Of a stretch of 64,000 nt of DNA, positions 1-9,960 are shown one piece after another. Position 1 is the stretch's first letter. Each line of letters begins with the position of its first letter. The position numbers and the translations under genes are program-made. The notes under the pieces were generated by a model. It worked only from the letters and a program-made list of their open reading frames with translations. It did no database searches and was not told the origin of the DNA. This DNA is from an uncultured delta proteobacterium (lineage in GTDB: Bacteria > Bdellovibrionota > FAC87 > UBA2466): assembly GCA_963778115.1 (NCBI GenBank), contig CAVZSV010000004.1, positions 1,216,001 to 1,280,000 of the forward strand. The letters run 5' to 3'.

Positions 1-55
1 CAGTTTTGCCGAACCCGATTCCGATGGTCCTAGTATTATTTTCATGAAGTGAAAA

Positions 56-853
56 TCAATGGGGCGCGCGGCACCAGTGTCTCCAATGTTCCGCATCCTT
101 TTGCGGATCACTCACTTCGACAACCGGATGGAATTCCACGCTAGCCGTAATCGTCTTGGCTCCCAATAGATTCCATAAATGCGGTACGAAAGTATCGTTC
201 CCCACGAAGGCAACCGTTTTCAAAGGAGAATACTGAATTCGAAAGGGTTGTATTTTTATGCCGTGAGCTTTGGCAATCTTAAAAGGACCCCAGCGCCAGG
301 GCTTTTCCTCGTCGATAGCGGTAGTTCCCGCCGGAAAAATAGCAATGCTTTGGCGTTGATTTAGAATGCAGTCTGCTACTAGCTTTCCTGTCTCATTTCG
401 TGAAGATTTGGAACCTCGTTCTACAAATAGGATCCCAGCACGACGACAGGCACTGCCCATCACGGGCCAGCTTCCCACACTTTTTTTCGCGATAAAGACG
501 ACCGGCACCTGAGACATCAAAACGGGTATATCGACGTAGCTAATATGGTTACCGACAAAAATTACCGGTTCCCCCGTCGAAGCAATCCCCTCGCCAGTGA
601 CTTCGAGCTGTAATAGGCGGTTCATCTTGTCGGCCCAAGTTTTCATATGGGCGTGAAGCGTCATCGATGAAAGCGTGCCTTCGGATTTTTCTGCTTGGTT
701 GAGCAGATCCACTTCCCTTAAAGTATCCCGAAAGATACCCACCATTCTTGTCCCCCTGTCGTTAAGTACCGCAGGGCCAAAGCGTTTTAAGAGGCTTGAG
801 GAATCTGTTAACGAAAGCCATTTATGTAAGAGCGAAAAGTTCAAGGTCCCCAT
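56..853 (-). CDS. plsC: 1-acyl-sn-glycerol-3-phosphate (lysophospholipid) acyltransferase family protein
   Basis: NHISYVD (HX4D), FIAK, FVER and FPAGTT acyltransferase blocks. Start placed at the ATG at 853, because the called start at 970 leaves only 16 bp before the divergent fdh. Confidence 0.85.
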   Translation of the reverse strand: MGTLNFSLLHKWLSLTDSSSLLKRFGPAVLNDRGTRMVGIFRDTLREVDLLNQAEKSEGTLSSMTLHAHMKTWADKMNRLLQLEVTGEGIASTGEPVIFVGNHISYVDIPVLMSQVPVVFIAKKSVGSWPVMGSACRRAGILFVERGSKSSRNETGKLVADCILNQRQSIAIFPAGTTAIDEEKPWRWGPFKIAKAHGIKIQPFRIQYSPLKTVAFVGNDTFVPHLWNLLGAKTITASVEFHPVVEVSDPQKDAEHWRHWCRAPH

Positions 854-986
854 TCCGTTAACACGTAAGTATCTTGACTGCTGTGCGTTGACAAGTGGCA
901 GGGCAGCGGCTCGTAAAAAGCGTTGCCTCTCTTGGGGAGAGGAGTAGGATCGACCTCCGTAACCAAGCAATGGGGAGGAGAAAATA

Positions 987-2192
987 ATGGCTAAAGTAGT
1001 GTGTGTGCTCTATGACGATCCGGTAAATGGATATCCGAAATCCTACGCTCGAGATGAAGTTCCCAAACTCGAAAATTATCCCGACGGACAGACCTTACCC
1101 ACACCTCACCACATTGATTTTAAACCCGGTGAACTTTTGGGCTCCGTATCCGGAGAGTTGGGACTGAGAAGTTTTCTGGAGAAGCAGGGGCATACGCTGG
1201 TCGTCACTTCTGACAAAGACGGAGCGGACTCCGTCTTTGAACGCGAATTGGCCTACGCTGACGTCGTTATCTCGCAACCTTTCTGGCCCGCTTATTTGAC
1301 GGCGGAAAGAATCGCTCATGCCCCCAAGCTAAAACTGGCTATCACGGCGGGAATCGGGTCCGATCACGTGGATCTCCGTGCCGCCATGGAGAGAGGACTC
1401 ACCGTCGCGGAAGTGACCTACAGTAACAGCATTAGTGTATCGGAACACGTGGTGATGATGGTCCTCTCTTTGGTACGTAATTACATTCCTTCCTATCAGT
1501 GGGTGGTGAAGAAGGGGTGGAATATCGCCGATTGCGTGGCGCGCTCTTACGATTTGGAAGGAATGAACGTTGGTACCGTTGCCGCAGGCCGCATCGGTCT
1601 TGCTGTTTTGAAACGCCTTAAACCGTTCGACGTAAAACTCCATTACACGGATCGCCACCGGCTTCCCGAACAGACCGAAAAGGAGTTGGGATTAACGTAC
1701 CATCCGACTGTGGAGTCCATGGTAAAAGTATGCGATGTCGTCACCATAAACTGTCCCCTGCACCCCGAAACCGAGCATATGTTTAATGATGCGATGTTAG
1801 CAAAGATGAAAAAGGGCAGTTATCTCATAAATACGGCTCGAGGAAAGATTTGCGACAGGGAGGCCATCGTCCGGGCTTTGGAAAGCGGTCAGCTTGCCGG
1901 GTATGCCGGAGACGTTTGGTTTCCGCAACCAGCACCTAAAGATCACCCTTGGCGCCAAATGCCCCATCACGGCATGACGCCCCATACTTCTGGCTCAACC
2001 CTTTCCGCTCAAGCGAGATATGCGGCCGGGACAAGGGAGATCTTGGAATGCTGGCTCGAAGGAAAGCCCATTCGCGAAAAGTATCTTATCGTCGATAAAG
2101 GAAAACTTGTGGGGGCAGGAGCTCACTCTTATAGCGCGGGCAACGCCACTGCCGGAGCCGACGAAGCGGTAAAATTTAAAAATAATCTGTAG
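987..2192 (+). CDS. fdh: NAD-dependent formate dehydrogenase
   Basis: MAKVVCVLYDDPVNGYP N-terminus, ISQPFWPAY, TAGIGSDHVD, AAGRIG, YAGDVWFPQPAP and MTPHTSG, all typical of Pseudomonas-type FDH. GGAGGAG RBS upstream. Confidence 0.97.
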   Translation: MAKVVCVLYDDPVNGYPKSYARDEVPKLENYPDGQTLPTPHHIDFKPGELLGSVSGELGLRSFLEKQGHTLVVTSDKDGADSVFERELAYADVVISQPFWPAYLTAERIAHAPKLKLAITAGIGSDHVDLRAAMERGLTVAEVTYSNSISVSEHVVMMVLSLVRNYIPSYQWVVKKGWNIADCVARSYDLEGMNVGTVAAGRIGLAVLKRLKPFDVKLHYTDRHRLPEQTEKELGLTYHPTVESMVKVCDVVTINCPLHPETEHMFNDAMLAKMKKGSYLINTARGKICDREAIVRALESGQLAGYAGDVWFPQPAPKDHPWRQMPHHGMTPHTSGSTLSAQARYAAGTREILECWLEGKPIREKYLIVDKGKLVGAGAHSYSAGNATAGADEAVKFKNNL

Positions 2193-2255
2193 TAGTTTCT
2201 AATTCCGTGAGCCGTTTTTCCCTCTCCTTACGCGTAGTCGGTAAGGAGAGAAAAA

Positions 2256-2684
2256 ATGAAATGGCTTGGACCGCTATTGCTTTTTTTACTTACGACCCCG
2301 CTCTGGGCGGACCTTATTCCCATGGAGGCACAAACTCGGGGGCAGCACGTAGATATCATCGTAAAAAACGTAGGCGATGAACCGATCGAGGGGCTTCTCC
2401 CGGGAATTACCGGCACTAGTCCCGTTACCGTTGCCATCCGCTCCGCAAGTCTTCGAACGGCGGCCCACTATTACCTAAGTTCGTTAAGCGTTCCGCTACC
2501 CGGAGCCGCCCAATCCGTGATTTCACTTACCCTAGCGCCTGATACCGTGGCAATTTGCGCTCCCCTGCTAGTCAAAGTTGCAGCAAACCGCACGGTAGAG
2601 TCTCACTGGGTAGAGATTCCCGTAAACGGAGCTCCAAAATGCAGGCAAGACGAGGTTCACCCGAAGCGAATGCGAAGCCGCTAA
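2256..2684 (+). CDS. Hypothetical exported protein
   Basis: AAGGAG RBS, signal peptide MKWLGPLLLFLLTTPLWA, two Cys and a beta-rich mature part. Confidence 0.7.
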   Translation: MKWLGPLLLFLLTTPLWADLIPMEAQTRGQHVDIIVKNVGDEPIEGLLPGITGTSPVTVAIRSASLRTAAHYYLSSLSVPLPGAAQSVISLTLAPDTVAICAPLLVKVAANRTVESHWVEIPVNGAPKCRQDEVHPKRMRSR

Positions 2685-2726
2685 TCTGGTATGAGCCTTG
2701 CTTATCCTCCTCTTTATGGAGGCCAC

Positions 2727-2936
2727 ATGCAGATAGTCAGAAAACCGTTCGAAAACGAGTCACCCTATATCTCAATTCTGTCGGCGGATGAGTTCATTAA
2801 TACGGGACTCGGAAACCGAGAAGTGGAGCCGCCGAGAGAAAGTGCGGGCAGTGAAAGTTTTGATGAAATATCTGAACGATTAGAACCCTCTTTTCGAAGC
2901 GGGTGGAAGGCGAGATCTGTCGACTCAAAGGCGTAA
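2727..2936 (+). CDS. Small hypothetical protein
   Basis: GGAGG RBS before the ATG at 2727 (MQIVRKPFENE). No recognisable motif. Confidence 0.45.
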   Translation: MQIVRKPFENESPYISILSADEFINTGLGNREVEPPRESAGSESFDEISERLEPSFRSGWKARSVDSKA

Positions 2937-2999
2937 GTCTCATTGCAGGAAGGTGTCTTCATAAGAGTCATAGCGCTATCCACGTTTATTCGAGGAGTG

Positions 3000-5900
3000 C
3001 TAGGGCACCATTGGGATTTGACAGGTCGCCGTTTGCGAAGCATTGGTTTGACCTTGGATTACCAAAAGTCCGCTATTCGCTGTAGTGGTAGCAAGTTCAA
3101 GGGGTAGTCCGGAGGAGTACGTAGAGGAAATCTGTGTCCCCGTGAGGGAATTCAGAAAAACATTCACCGGGCCGTCCAAAAATCCGTTCAGAGAGATAGT
3201 GAAATTGTTATAGATGGTTTGCCCCTCAGTACTCGTCCCTGTAAAAGTTGCGATACATGCGGTTGCCATTAGAGAGGGAGGTGCCAGGGCGACCCCGATG
3301 GGGCTTTCAAGACTTGCGCTGGTGGCTGTAGTACTGCTACCGGAATTTCCGTTCCCTGCCACAGTGGAGATTATTCCTGTAGCTGCGGAAACCATGCGGA
3401 CGCGTAGGTTCCCACGATCTGCGATAAAAACGTCGTCGAATTCGTCCACGGCGATTCCTTCAGGATTGTATAATTCCGCCGCGGTCGCGGCTCCTCCGTC
3501 ATTCGAGTAGCCCGAAATTCCCGTTCCGGCGATCGTATAAATAAAACCGGGAGTTACCGTTTGCCCCAGATAGGTCGAACCATTAACTATCACGCTAGTG
3601 CGAGGGAAGCCGTCGTTCTGATTAATAAATACGTTCCCCCATCCATCTACGGCTATTCCTTGAGGGATAGTGAGCGTCGCGCTATTTGCAGAGACTGCGC
3701 TAACTGCCGATGTGGTGGTGTCACCTCCGGCGATGATGACCTTCGAACCTTGTGACAGGGACTGACCGAAGTAGGTTCCTTCGCTCATGACGATCATCTT
3801 AACGATTCCCCCGCTACCGCTTTCGGTGGCATAGACATTTCCTAAGTTATCAACGGCGACACCGTACGCAGTGCTCCCACTATCGATAATGGAGATTTGA
3901 GCGGAGCTTGCGGACACCATGATCACTCTCAAATTCCCCTGATCGGCAACATAGAGGTTCCCGTTCAAGTCTACCGCTAATCCGGTGGGAGTGTTCACCG
4001 GAGCCAGAATTTCATAAATGTTTCCCGCCTGGGGGTTGGAGATCCCAAAAAAACTGCCACTCACGCTTACGTTCATCACCACAGAAATTTGGTTATTGCT
4101 CGTATCGGAGACAAAGATATTTCCGGAGCGATCTATGGCAATCGCATGGGGACTGGTAAAGGCGGCGGAATTAGTCGCGGAGGATCCCGCCGGTGATGCC
4201 GAACCCGAGGTGTTAAGTACGCCCGCCACCGTACTCATGACGTTATTGCTGACCAATTGAACCACACGAGCCGCGGAGTCACCAATATAGAACTGAGGTA
4301 ACGTCACGGATAAGGTCACCGAGTTGGTGCTCACAAGAGTTCCCACACTCGCACTAATAGAGGTAGTGCCCGGGCCGGCCGCGGTGGCTATCCCAGTTCC
4401 AGTCACGATAGTAGCAGTGCTCGATGTTCCAGACGTCCAGGTCACCAGCGAGGTGATGTCGTGAGTGGTGGAATCAGAAAAAGTTCCCGTCGCGGTAAAC
4501 GCCACGGGAGATCCTACGACGGCCGTTGTCGTCGACGAAGCGATCATAATTTCCGTAAGCGAAGGGGGTGCCACAGCCACGCCGGCTGGGGCACGGAATA
4601 TTGCAGACACCGCGGCGCCATTGTCACCGGCATACCCATTCGTACCTGCAGTTCCAGCAACAGTGGTAATGATGCCGGCAGTGCTTATCAAACGGATCAC
4701 AGCGTTCGCAGTATCTGCAACATAGAGGTTTCCGGAGCCATCCACTGCGATCCCTAAGGGATACGCTGCGAATGCGGCTGAAGTAGCGGCGGTGGTGTCG
4801 CCGCTATAGCCTTGAACGATGCCGCCGGTAATGTTGTACAGATCGCCCGCTGTCATCTGCTGACCGAAAAAGTTTCCGGAAGTTACTGGAAGCATGCTAA
4901 CGCCGTATTCCTGCGTGAAGTAGACGTTACCCGAACTGTCGACCGTGATTGCAGTGGGGCTGTCGATATCGGTACTGGTGGCTACTCCACTTTGCGCCGT
5001 GTACTGGGGGGTACCGGTGCCTGCAATAGCAAAAATACTGCCTACCACCATCTGCTGTCCGAAGTAGGTTCCGGTTCGGGAAGGTATCATTAAAACTTCC
5101 TGAGCTGCCTGATCGGTAACGTAGACGTTCCCCGAAAGGTCAACGGCTACCCCCATGGGAGCGCTATATTGTTCAGAGCTGGCATTCATTATCGTATATA
5201 GATAATTCGCCGTCATCGCCTGCCCGAAATAGGTTCCCGAATTCGCGGGTACCATTTCAACGCGCTTCTCGCCTGGGTTTGCCATATAGAAGTTTCCCGC
5301 CACATCCACTGCTACTGCTTTGGGAGTCTGCAAGCTCGCCGCTATCGCAGGTCCTGTTGGATTGAATGCGCTCCCCCCGCCAATACCCGCAATTACGTCG
5401 ATGATTCCAGGGGTGGCTAGGTCAATTTGCGAGGTTTCAGGATCGGAAATGTACATCTTCCCCGAACTATCGACCGCGATCCCGTTGGGATATTCGAAAC
5501 CCGAGATGCTCAGCATCGTCTGCGGGTTGGGATTGATTTCGACGATAGCATTCGAACCGCCCTCGGAGGGAGTGATTCCCGCGGCAATAGAGATAGTCCC
5601 ATCACTAGCCACCTTTCGAATGATGTTGTTAGTGCTATCGGCGATGTAATAGGGAGTTCCCGCAGTAACGCTCATGGTATACGGTGCTGACGTTTCACTA
5701 CCCGCATCCGCAGTTGCCGTTAGAGTGACCGTGCCCTGAAGAGTGCCTACGACCGTATTTTCCACCATCCGCGCCGAACCACCGGTCGAAGTGATAATCC
5801 AGGAAATTGACGAAGTGGTTCCCGACACGGTAAGCAGCTGTGATTGTCCTACCGGGAGTGAAAGGGACGAGGGGGAAATCGTCAGCGCAAAGGTGGGCGC

Positions 5901-8150
5901 CGTTACGTTTACGCTTGTCGTTTGAGTAGTTAGATTGGGATAACTTGCCGAGATTAACACGGTCCCGGTACCCGAACTTGCGGCCGTTAAGATTCCCGTA
6001 GTGGCATCGATGGATGCGGGTCCGCTTGTGACATTCCAAGTAACCAAGGAAGTTGCGGGGCCAGATGATCCGTCCGTAAAGGTTCCCAAAGCCGTAATGG
6101 GATCCGTGGAGCCATTGGGGACACTAGAATTCACGGCCGTGATCGTAAATGAAACAAGGGTTGCCGCGGTAATGCTTACGCTCGCCGTTTGCGTCGCTAG
6201 ATTCGGATAGGTCGCTTGGACTTGAGCGGTACCGGTTCCGAGATCCGTATTAAGAATTCCTGTGCTCCCCCCAATCGTCGCTGGACCACTGGTAACACTC
6301 CAGGCAACCAAGGAGGTTACCGTTCCGGTAGAGTTGTCCGAAAAAATTCCCGTTGCCGTAAACGAATCCGTAAGTCCGTTTGCGATGCTTGAACTCGCCG
6401 GTGAGATCGTAAAGGACGTAAGGACCGCGGCCGTTACACTCACACTCGTCGTTTGCGTTGTTAGATTTGGATAGGTCGCCTGAATTTGGACGGTGCCGGT
6501 CCCACTTCCCGTGGTAAGAATTCCTGTACTCCCCCCGATAAAACCCGGCCCACTGACGACGCTCCAACTCACTAAGGAGGTCACGGTGCCAGTAGAGTTG
6601 TCCGAAAAAGTTCCTGTCGCCGTCAGTTGATCGGTGAGTCCGTTTGAGACGCTCGTACTCGCCGGTGAAACCGTAAAGGAAACCAAAGTGGCCGCGGTTA
6701 CCATTACACTCGCTGTCTGCGCTGTTAAATTCGGATAGGTCGCCTGAATTTGGACGGTGCCGGTCCCACTGCCCGTGGTAAGAATTCCTGTACTCCCCCC
6801 GATAAGACCCGGCCCACTGACGACGCTCCAACTCACTAAGGAGGTCACGGTGTCGGTAGTACGATCGGAAAAAGTTCCTGTCGCCGTTAAAGGATCGGTG
6901 GAGCCATTGGGGACACTCGAACTCCCCGGTAAGATCGTGAAAGAAACGAGGGTCGCCGCAGTTACGCTTATGCCCGCCGTTTGCGTCGTTAGATTCGGAT
7001 AGCTCGCCTGGATTTGAACGGTACCGATGCCACTGCCCGTGATAAGTATTCCTGTACTCCCCCCAATGGAACCCGGCCCACTGGTGACGCTCCAACTCAC
7101 TAAGGAGGTCACGGGGCCGGTCGTACGGTCGGAAAAGGTTCCCGTCGCCGTCAGTTGATCGCTGAGTCCGTTGGCGACGCTGTTGCTTGCGGCTGAAATG
7201 CTAAATGAGGTTAGCACGGCGGAGGTAACCGTAAGAGTCGCAGTTCCGGAAACAGTTCCGAGAGTCGCTGTAATAGTAACCGTTCCCACTCCAGTTCCCG
7301 TGGCTAACCCAACATTAACACCGCTAGAAACGAGGGAAGCGGATCCGGGGGTGATTCCGGTTCCCGTCGCCGGAGTCCCGGTCCACGTTACCAAAGCCGT
7401 CACGTCGGCGGTCGAATTGTCCGAGTAGGTTGCTGAAGCAGTAAAAGGGACCGAGTTGCCGTTCGCGATGGAGGTAGAACCCGGTGTAATTCGTATTGCC
7501 GTCAGGATCGCTGCGTTTGCGACACAACTACTCCCGATGCAACTGCTGCCCACGGCACACGTCGCGCTCGATGCGCACGTTGCCGGTAGAGAAGAGGTCG
7601 TGGCGCAACTGGTTTGTCCATTTCCGTTCGTACACGTGGAGCCGAAGGCGCAATTACCGGAAGAGGAACAGACCGATCCGTTGGTAGGAGAAGTTCCAGT
7701 ATGACAAGCGCCGTCCCCCCCGCAGTAAGACGCCGTGGAACAAGGATCGCTCGTATTATTACAACAGCTCACTGAAGTGCTCAAGGGAACCGATAGAGAA
7801 GCCGTTTGTCCGTTGACGTCGGTGGCGGAAACCGTGACGTCAGGATCGGAGAGATAAGAGGGAATCGCAAAAGAAGGACTTGCCCCAGAAGTAATCACGT
7901 TGGCGCTAGTGATAGTTCCGCCCGTCGGTGTCGAAGCGGTCAGCGCGTAAGGAGGAACTCCACCTGTAACGACAACACTTAGGTTGGTACCGGGGCACAC
8001 GTCCAGCGAGGGGCTAGCGAGTTTCACTTGGAGCGGAACACTGGAGGACCAATTCACCGAAGCGTTGCTGCACGAAGCGAGAGAAATACCGAGCACCATG
8101 GCTGTGGTGGCATGAAGTAGAAAAGATGTGAAGGAAACTCTTGGTATCAT
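3000..8150 (-). CDS. Large surface lipoprotein with Cys-rich segment, tandem Ig-like (Big_2-type) domains and two NHL-repeat regions
   Basis: Lipobox-like LASC, Cys-rich block, ATGTFSD...VTSLVSWS Ig-like repeats, and NHL repeats of the PxGIAVDxxGNxYxAD type. Confidence 0.88.
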   Translation of the reverse strand: MIPRVSFTSFLLHATTAMVLGISLASCSNASVNWSSSVPLQVKLASPSLDVCPGTNLSVVVTGGVPPYALTASTPTGGTITSANVITSGASPSFAIPSYLSDPDVTVSATDVNGQTASLSVPLSTSVSCCNNTSDPCSTASYCGGDGACHTGTSPTNGSVCSSSGNCAFGSTCTNGNGQTSCATTSSLPATCASSATCAVGSSCIGSSCVANAAILTAIRITPGSTSIANGNSVPFTASATYSDNSTADVTALVTWTGTPATGTGITPGSASLVSSGVNVGLATGTGVGTVTITATLGTVSGTATLTVTSAVLTSFSISAASNSVANGLSDQLTATGTFSDRTTGPVTSLVSWSVTSGPGSIGGSTGILITGSGIGTVQIQASYPNLTTQTAGISVTAATLVSFTILPGSSSVPNGSTDPLTATGTFSDRTTDTVTSLVSWSVVSGPGLIGGSTGILTTGSGTGTVQIQATYPNLTAQTASVMVTAATLVSFTVSPASTSVSNGLTDQLTATGTFSDNSTGTVTSLVSWSVVSGPGFIGGSTGILTTGSGTGTVQIQATYPNLTTQTTSVSVTAAVLTSFTISPASSSIANGLTDSFTATGIFSDNSTGTVTSLVAWSVTSGPATIGGSTGILNTDLGTGTAQVQATYPNLATQTASVSITAATLVSFTITAVNSSVPNGSTDPITALGTFTDGSSGPATSLVTWNVTSGPASIDATTGILTAASSGTGTVLISASYPNLTTQTTSVNVTAPTFALTISPSSLSLPVGQSQLLTVSGTTSSISWIITSTGGSARMVENTVVGTLQGTVTLTATADAGSETSAPYTMSVTAGTPYYIADSTNNIIRKVASDGTISIAAGITPSEGGSNAIVEINPNPQTMLSISGFEYPNGIAVDSSGKMYISDPETSQIDLATPGIIDVIAGIGGGSAFNPTGPAIAASLQTPKAVAVDVAGNFYMANPGEKRVEMVPANSGTYFGQAMTANYLYTIMNASSEQYSAPMGVAVDLSGNVYVTDQAAQEVLMIPSRTGTYFGQQMVVGSIFAIAGTGTPQYTAQSGVATSTDIDSPTAITVDSSGNVYFTQEYGVSMLPVTSGNFFGQQMTAGDLYNITGGIVQGYSGDTTAATSAAFAAYPLGIAVDGSGNLYVADTANAVIRLISTAGIITTVAGTAGTNGYAGDNGAAVSAIFRAPAGVAVAPPSLTEIMIASSTTTAVVGSPVAFTATGTFSDSTTHDITSLVTWTSGTSSTATIVTGTGIATAAGPGTTSISASVGTLVSTNSVTLSVTLPQFYIGDSAARVVQLVSNNVMSTVAGVLNTSGSASPAGSSATNSAAFTSPHAIAIDRSGNIFVSDTSNNQISVVMNVSVSGSFFGISNPQAGNIYEILAPVNTPTGLAVDLNGNLYVADQGNLRVIMVSASSAQISIIDSGSTAYGVAVDNLGNVYATESGSGGIVKMIVMSEGTYFGQSLSQGSKVIIAGGDTTTSAVSAVSANSATLTIPQGIAVDGWGNVFINQNDGFPRTSVIVNGSTYLGQTVTPGFIYTIAGTGISGYSNDGGAATAAELYNPEGIAVDEFDDVFIADRGNLRVRMVSAATGIISTVAGNGNSGSSTTATSASLESPIGVALAPPSLMATACIATFTGTSTEGQTIYNNFTISLNGFLDGPVNVFLNSLTGTQISSTYSSGLPLELATTTANSGLLVIQGQTNASQTATCQIPMVP
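5904..7226 (-). repeat. Five tandem ~264-bp (88-aa) Ig-like coding repeats
   Basis: TGAATTTGGACGGTGCCGGTCCCACT occurs at 6481 and 6745, giving a 264-nt period. Five units end in YPNL(T/A)xQT. Confidence 0.92.
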
Positions 8151-8301
8151 CTATACGTACCGCTACTTAAATGGAGGCGCGTTCCCCTATTGCCGCGCGT
8201 TAAGCTATTTTACCGTGAGAGGCCCGCGTAAATCGTGGAGATCTCCTCATAATGTGACCTTGGGTAGAGTCATAAAAAAAAGCTAGTTACGTGGGGACAG
8301 G

Positions 8302-8318
8302 TGTCTATAATTTAGACA
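8302..8318. promoter_or_regulatory. Inverted repeat TGTCTA-N5-TAGACA, candidate regulator site upstream of the large lipoprotein gene
   Basis: Perfect 6-5-6 dyad about 150 bp upstream of the start codon at 8150. Confidence 0.4.
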
Positions 8319-8667
8319 GGCAACAACGACTAGCGACCCCATGGGAGATGATCGCTAGCGATGAAATGTCGTTTTCTGTGAAGCATCCGATGATAGAACG
8401 CCCCACGCATGGTTAAGTTACTAGGCGTGGGAAGCCCGCCTTGGCTTACTTCCTGCTTGTGATGCCTGGCTAACCATCTGCGCTGGGAGCCCTGACTGCT
8501 GTGGAATCGACATGGATGCGAGAGCCGCACGACATCTCCCGCGGGTCTGGGAATCGGGGTTCTTTTACCGTTCTGAACCTGTCGCACGACGGGTACTTTT
8601 TGGGTTTTGCGAGTAACGGCTATTTCCGCTTTTTTTAGAGGGTCATTCTTCTCTATAAAAGCTTTTA

Positions 8668-9810
8668 CTATTTCCCAGCGGCTGAAACCACCGCTGGCAG
8701 CACGTATTGCGAGAAGAAAGTATCGCCATCCATCTCGGTAAAGTCTTGGGCGGTATTTGCTGTAGAGACAAAGACTAAATCAAGATCAGGCACTACGTAA
8801 ACAAACTGGCCGCCGTATCCCCACATCTTATGTACCGCGTGGCCGTTTGCATTGAGCAGCCACCACAAGTAGCCGTATGTCGATGGCGGATCATCGGAAG
8901 GAATTCCCGTTGAAGTGGATTCTTGAATCCAATCGGCGGGTACCAGTGAATTTCCGTTCCACTCTCCGTTTTGCAAATACATTTGTCCGATGGTCGCAAG
9001 GTCTCTAGGTGTCAGATATAAATTATATCCGCCGGAGTAATATCCTTGTGGATCAATTCCCCAGTGTTTCACCGTGATTCCCAACGGATCAAAAAGATAT
9101 TTTTCGGCGAAAGCACATGTGCTCATATGGGAACTCTCCGTGATGATAGCGGAGAGCAAATGAGTTAGCCCGGTGTCATAATTAAATTTAGTTCCTGGAT
9201 TAGCTGCCATCTTAAGATTGAGTAAAGCTTGAACCCAATTGGGGTAATCCTGGATGGTATATTCCGTCGTATCTTCCGTCCATTTGAACCCGCCTGTCAT
9301 GGTCAGCAGATCCTTAATCACGATCCCTTGCTTTTCTTTTCCCGTGATTTTGAATTTCGGTGAAAGAATATCTGCGATCGGCTGATCGATGCCTTTGAGA
9401 AAGCCTTCTCGTAAAGCAATCCCCACTAATCCTCCAATGATAGTCTTAGAAGAAGAGTGCACATTATTGGCATCCGCCATTTGGCTTCCATGAAGATACT
9501 TTTCGTAAACTAAGACGCCGTTTCGAATGACCAAGAAACTAAAAGCTTGCGGAAGTAAGTTGAGTGCTGCCGTACCTTGATCGAGTACGGAAGTTTGTAG
9601 CCCTTGGCTCTCCGGCGTTCCGGTGGGCCACGCATTGGGATTTTGTGTCGGATCTTGGTACGTAGGATTGTCTTCGTAGAATTGAGTGATCACAGCAGGA
9701 TTTGGCACCAATTGTTGGCAAGTGTCATGGCTGCCGGCGTCTTCCGCAAAACATAGATTTAGACTTCCGCACAAGCCGGCTACTAGAGCCACTGTTCTTA
9801 GTTTCGTCAT
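8668..9810 (-). CDS. Exported serine hydrolase, beta-lactamase/AmpC-like family
   Basis: SSSK (SxxK), FNYDT (YxN-like), YGYLWW and WGYGGQ motifs, plus a signal peptide. GGAGGAG precedes the ATG at 9810. Confidence 0.88.
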   Translation of the reverse strand: MTKLRTVALVAGLCGSLNLCFAEDAGSHDTCQQLVPNPAVITQFYEDNPTYQDPTQNPNAWPTGTPESQGLQTSVLDQGTAALNLLPQAFSFLVIRNGVLVYEKYLHGSQMADANNVHSSSKTIIGGLVGIALREGFLKGIDQPIADILSPKFKITGKEKQGIVIKDLLTMTGGFKWTEDTTEYTIQDYPNWVQALLNLKMAANPGTKFNYDTGLTHLLSAIITESSHMSTCAFAEKYLFDPLGITVKHWGIDPQGYYSGGYNLYLTPRDLATIGQMYLQNGEWNGNSLVPADWIQESTSTGIPSDDPPSTYGYLWWLLNANGHAVHKMWGYGGQFVYVVPDLDLVFVSTANTAQDFTEMDGDTFFSQYVLPAVVSAAGK

Positions 9811-9960
9811 TTTCGTTCTCCTCCCCATTCTCTTGGGGTCAGTGTCAGTCGGACTCACGCCTCCTTATCGTTGGCCCATTTAGAAACCTGAGGACGGATC
9901 TTTCGCACTGCGCTTTCGCGTTCCGGCATCTTTTCGGTTTGTTGGGTGATTTAGCGGGGA

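Noticed and set aside
5904..7226. Possible CRISPR-like or non-coding array
   Set aside because: The period is 264 bp, in frame inside a CDS, with no unique spacers and no cas genes. It is a protein domain repeat.
3214..7704. Many plus-strand and alternate-frame ORFs over the large lipoprotein gene, including 6250-7095
   Set aside because: They are shadow ORFs from repetitive Thr/Ser/Gly codons, with no motifs of their own.
8330..8587. 85-aa minus-strand ORF
   Set aside because: Arg/His-rich atypical composition, no clear RBS and no motif. The region is treated as non-coding.
8668..9810. Serine hydrolase as the beta-lactamase controlled by the BlaI/BlaR pair
   Set aside because: It is 10 kb away, has no TACTAAA-N2-TTTAGTA site upstream, and its motifs fit the broad esterase/amidase group.
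9860..9960. Possible riboswitch with GAAA-loop stems on the minus strand
   Set aside because: Stems are very short and do not match a riboswitch consensus I can identify.
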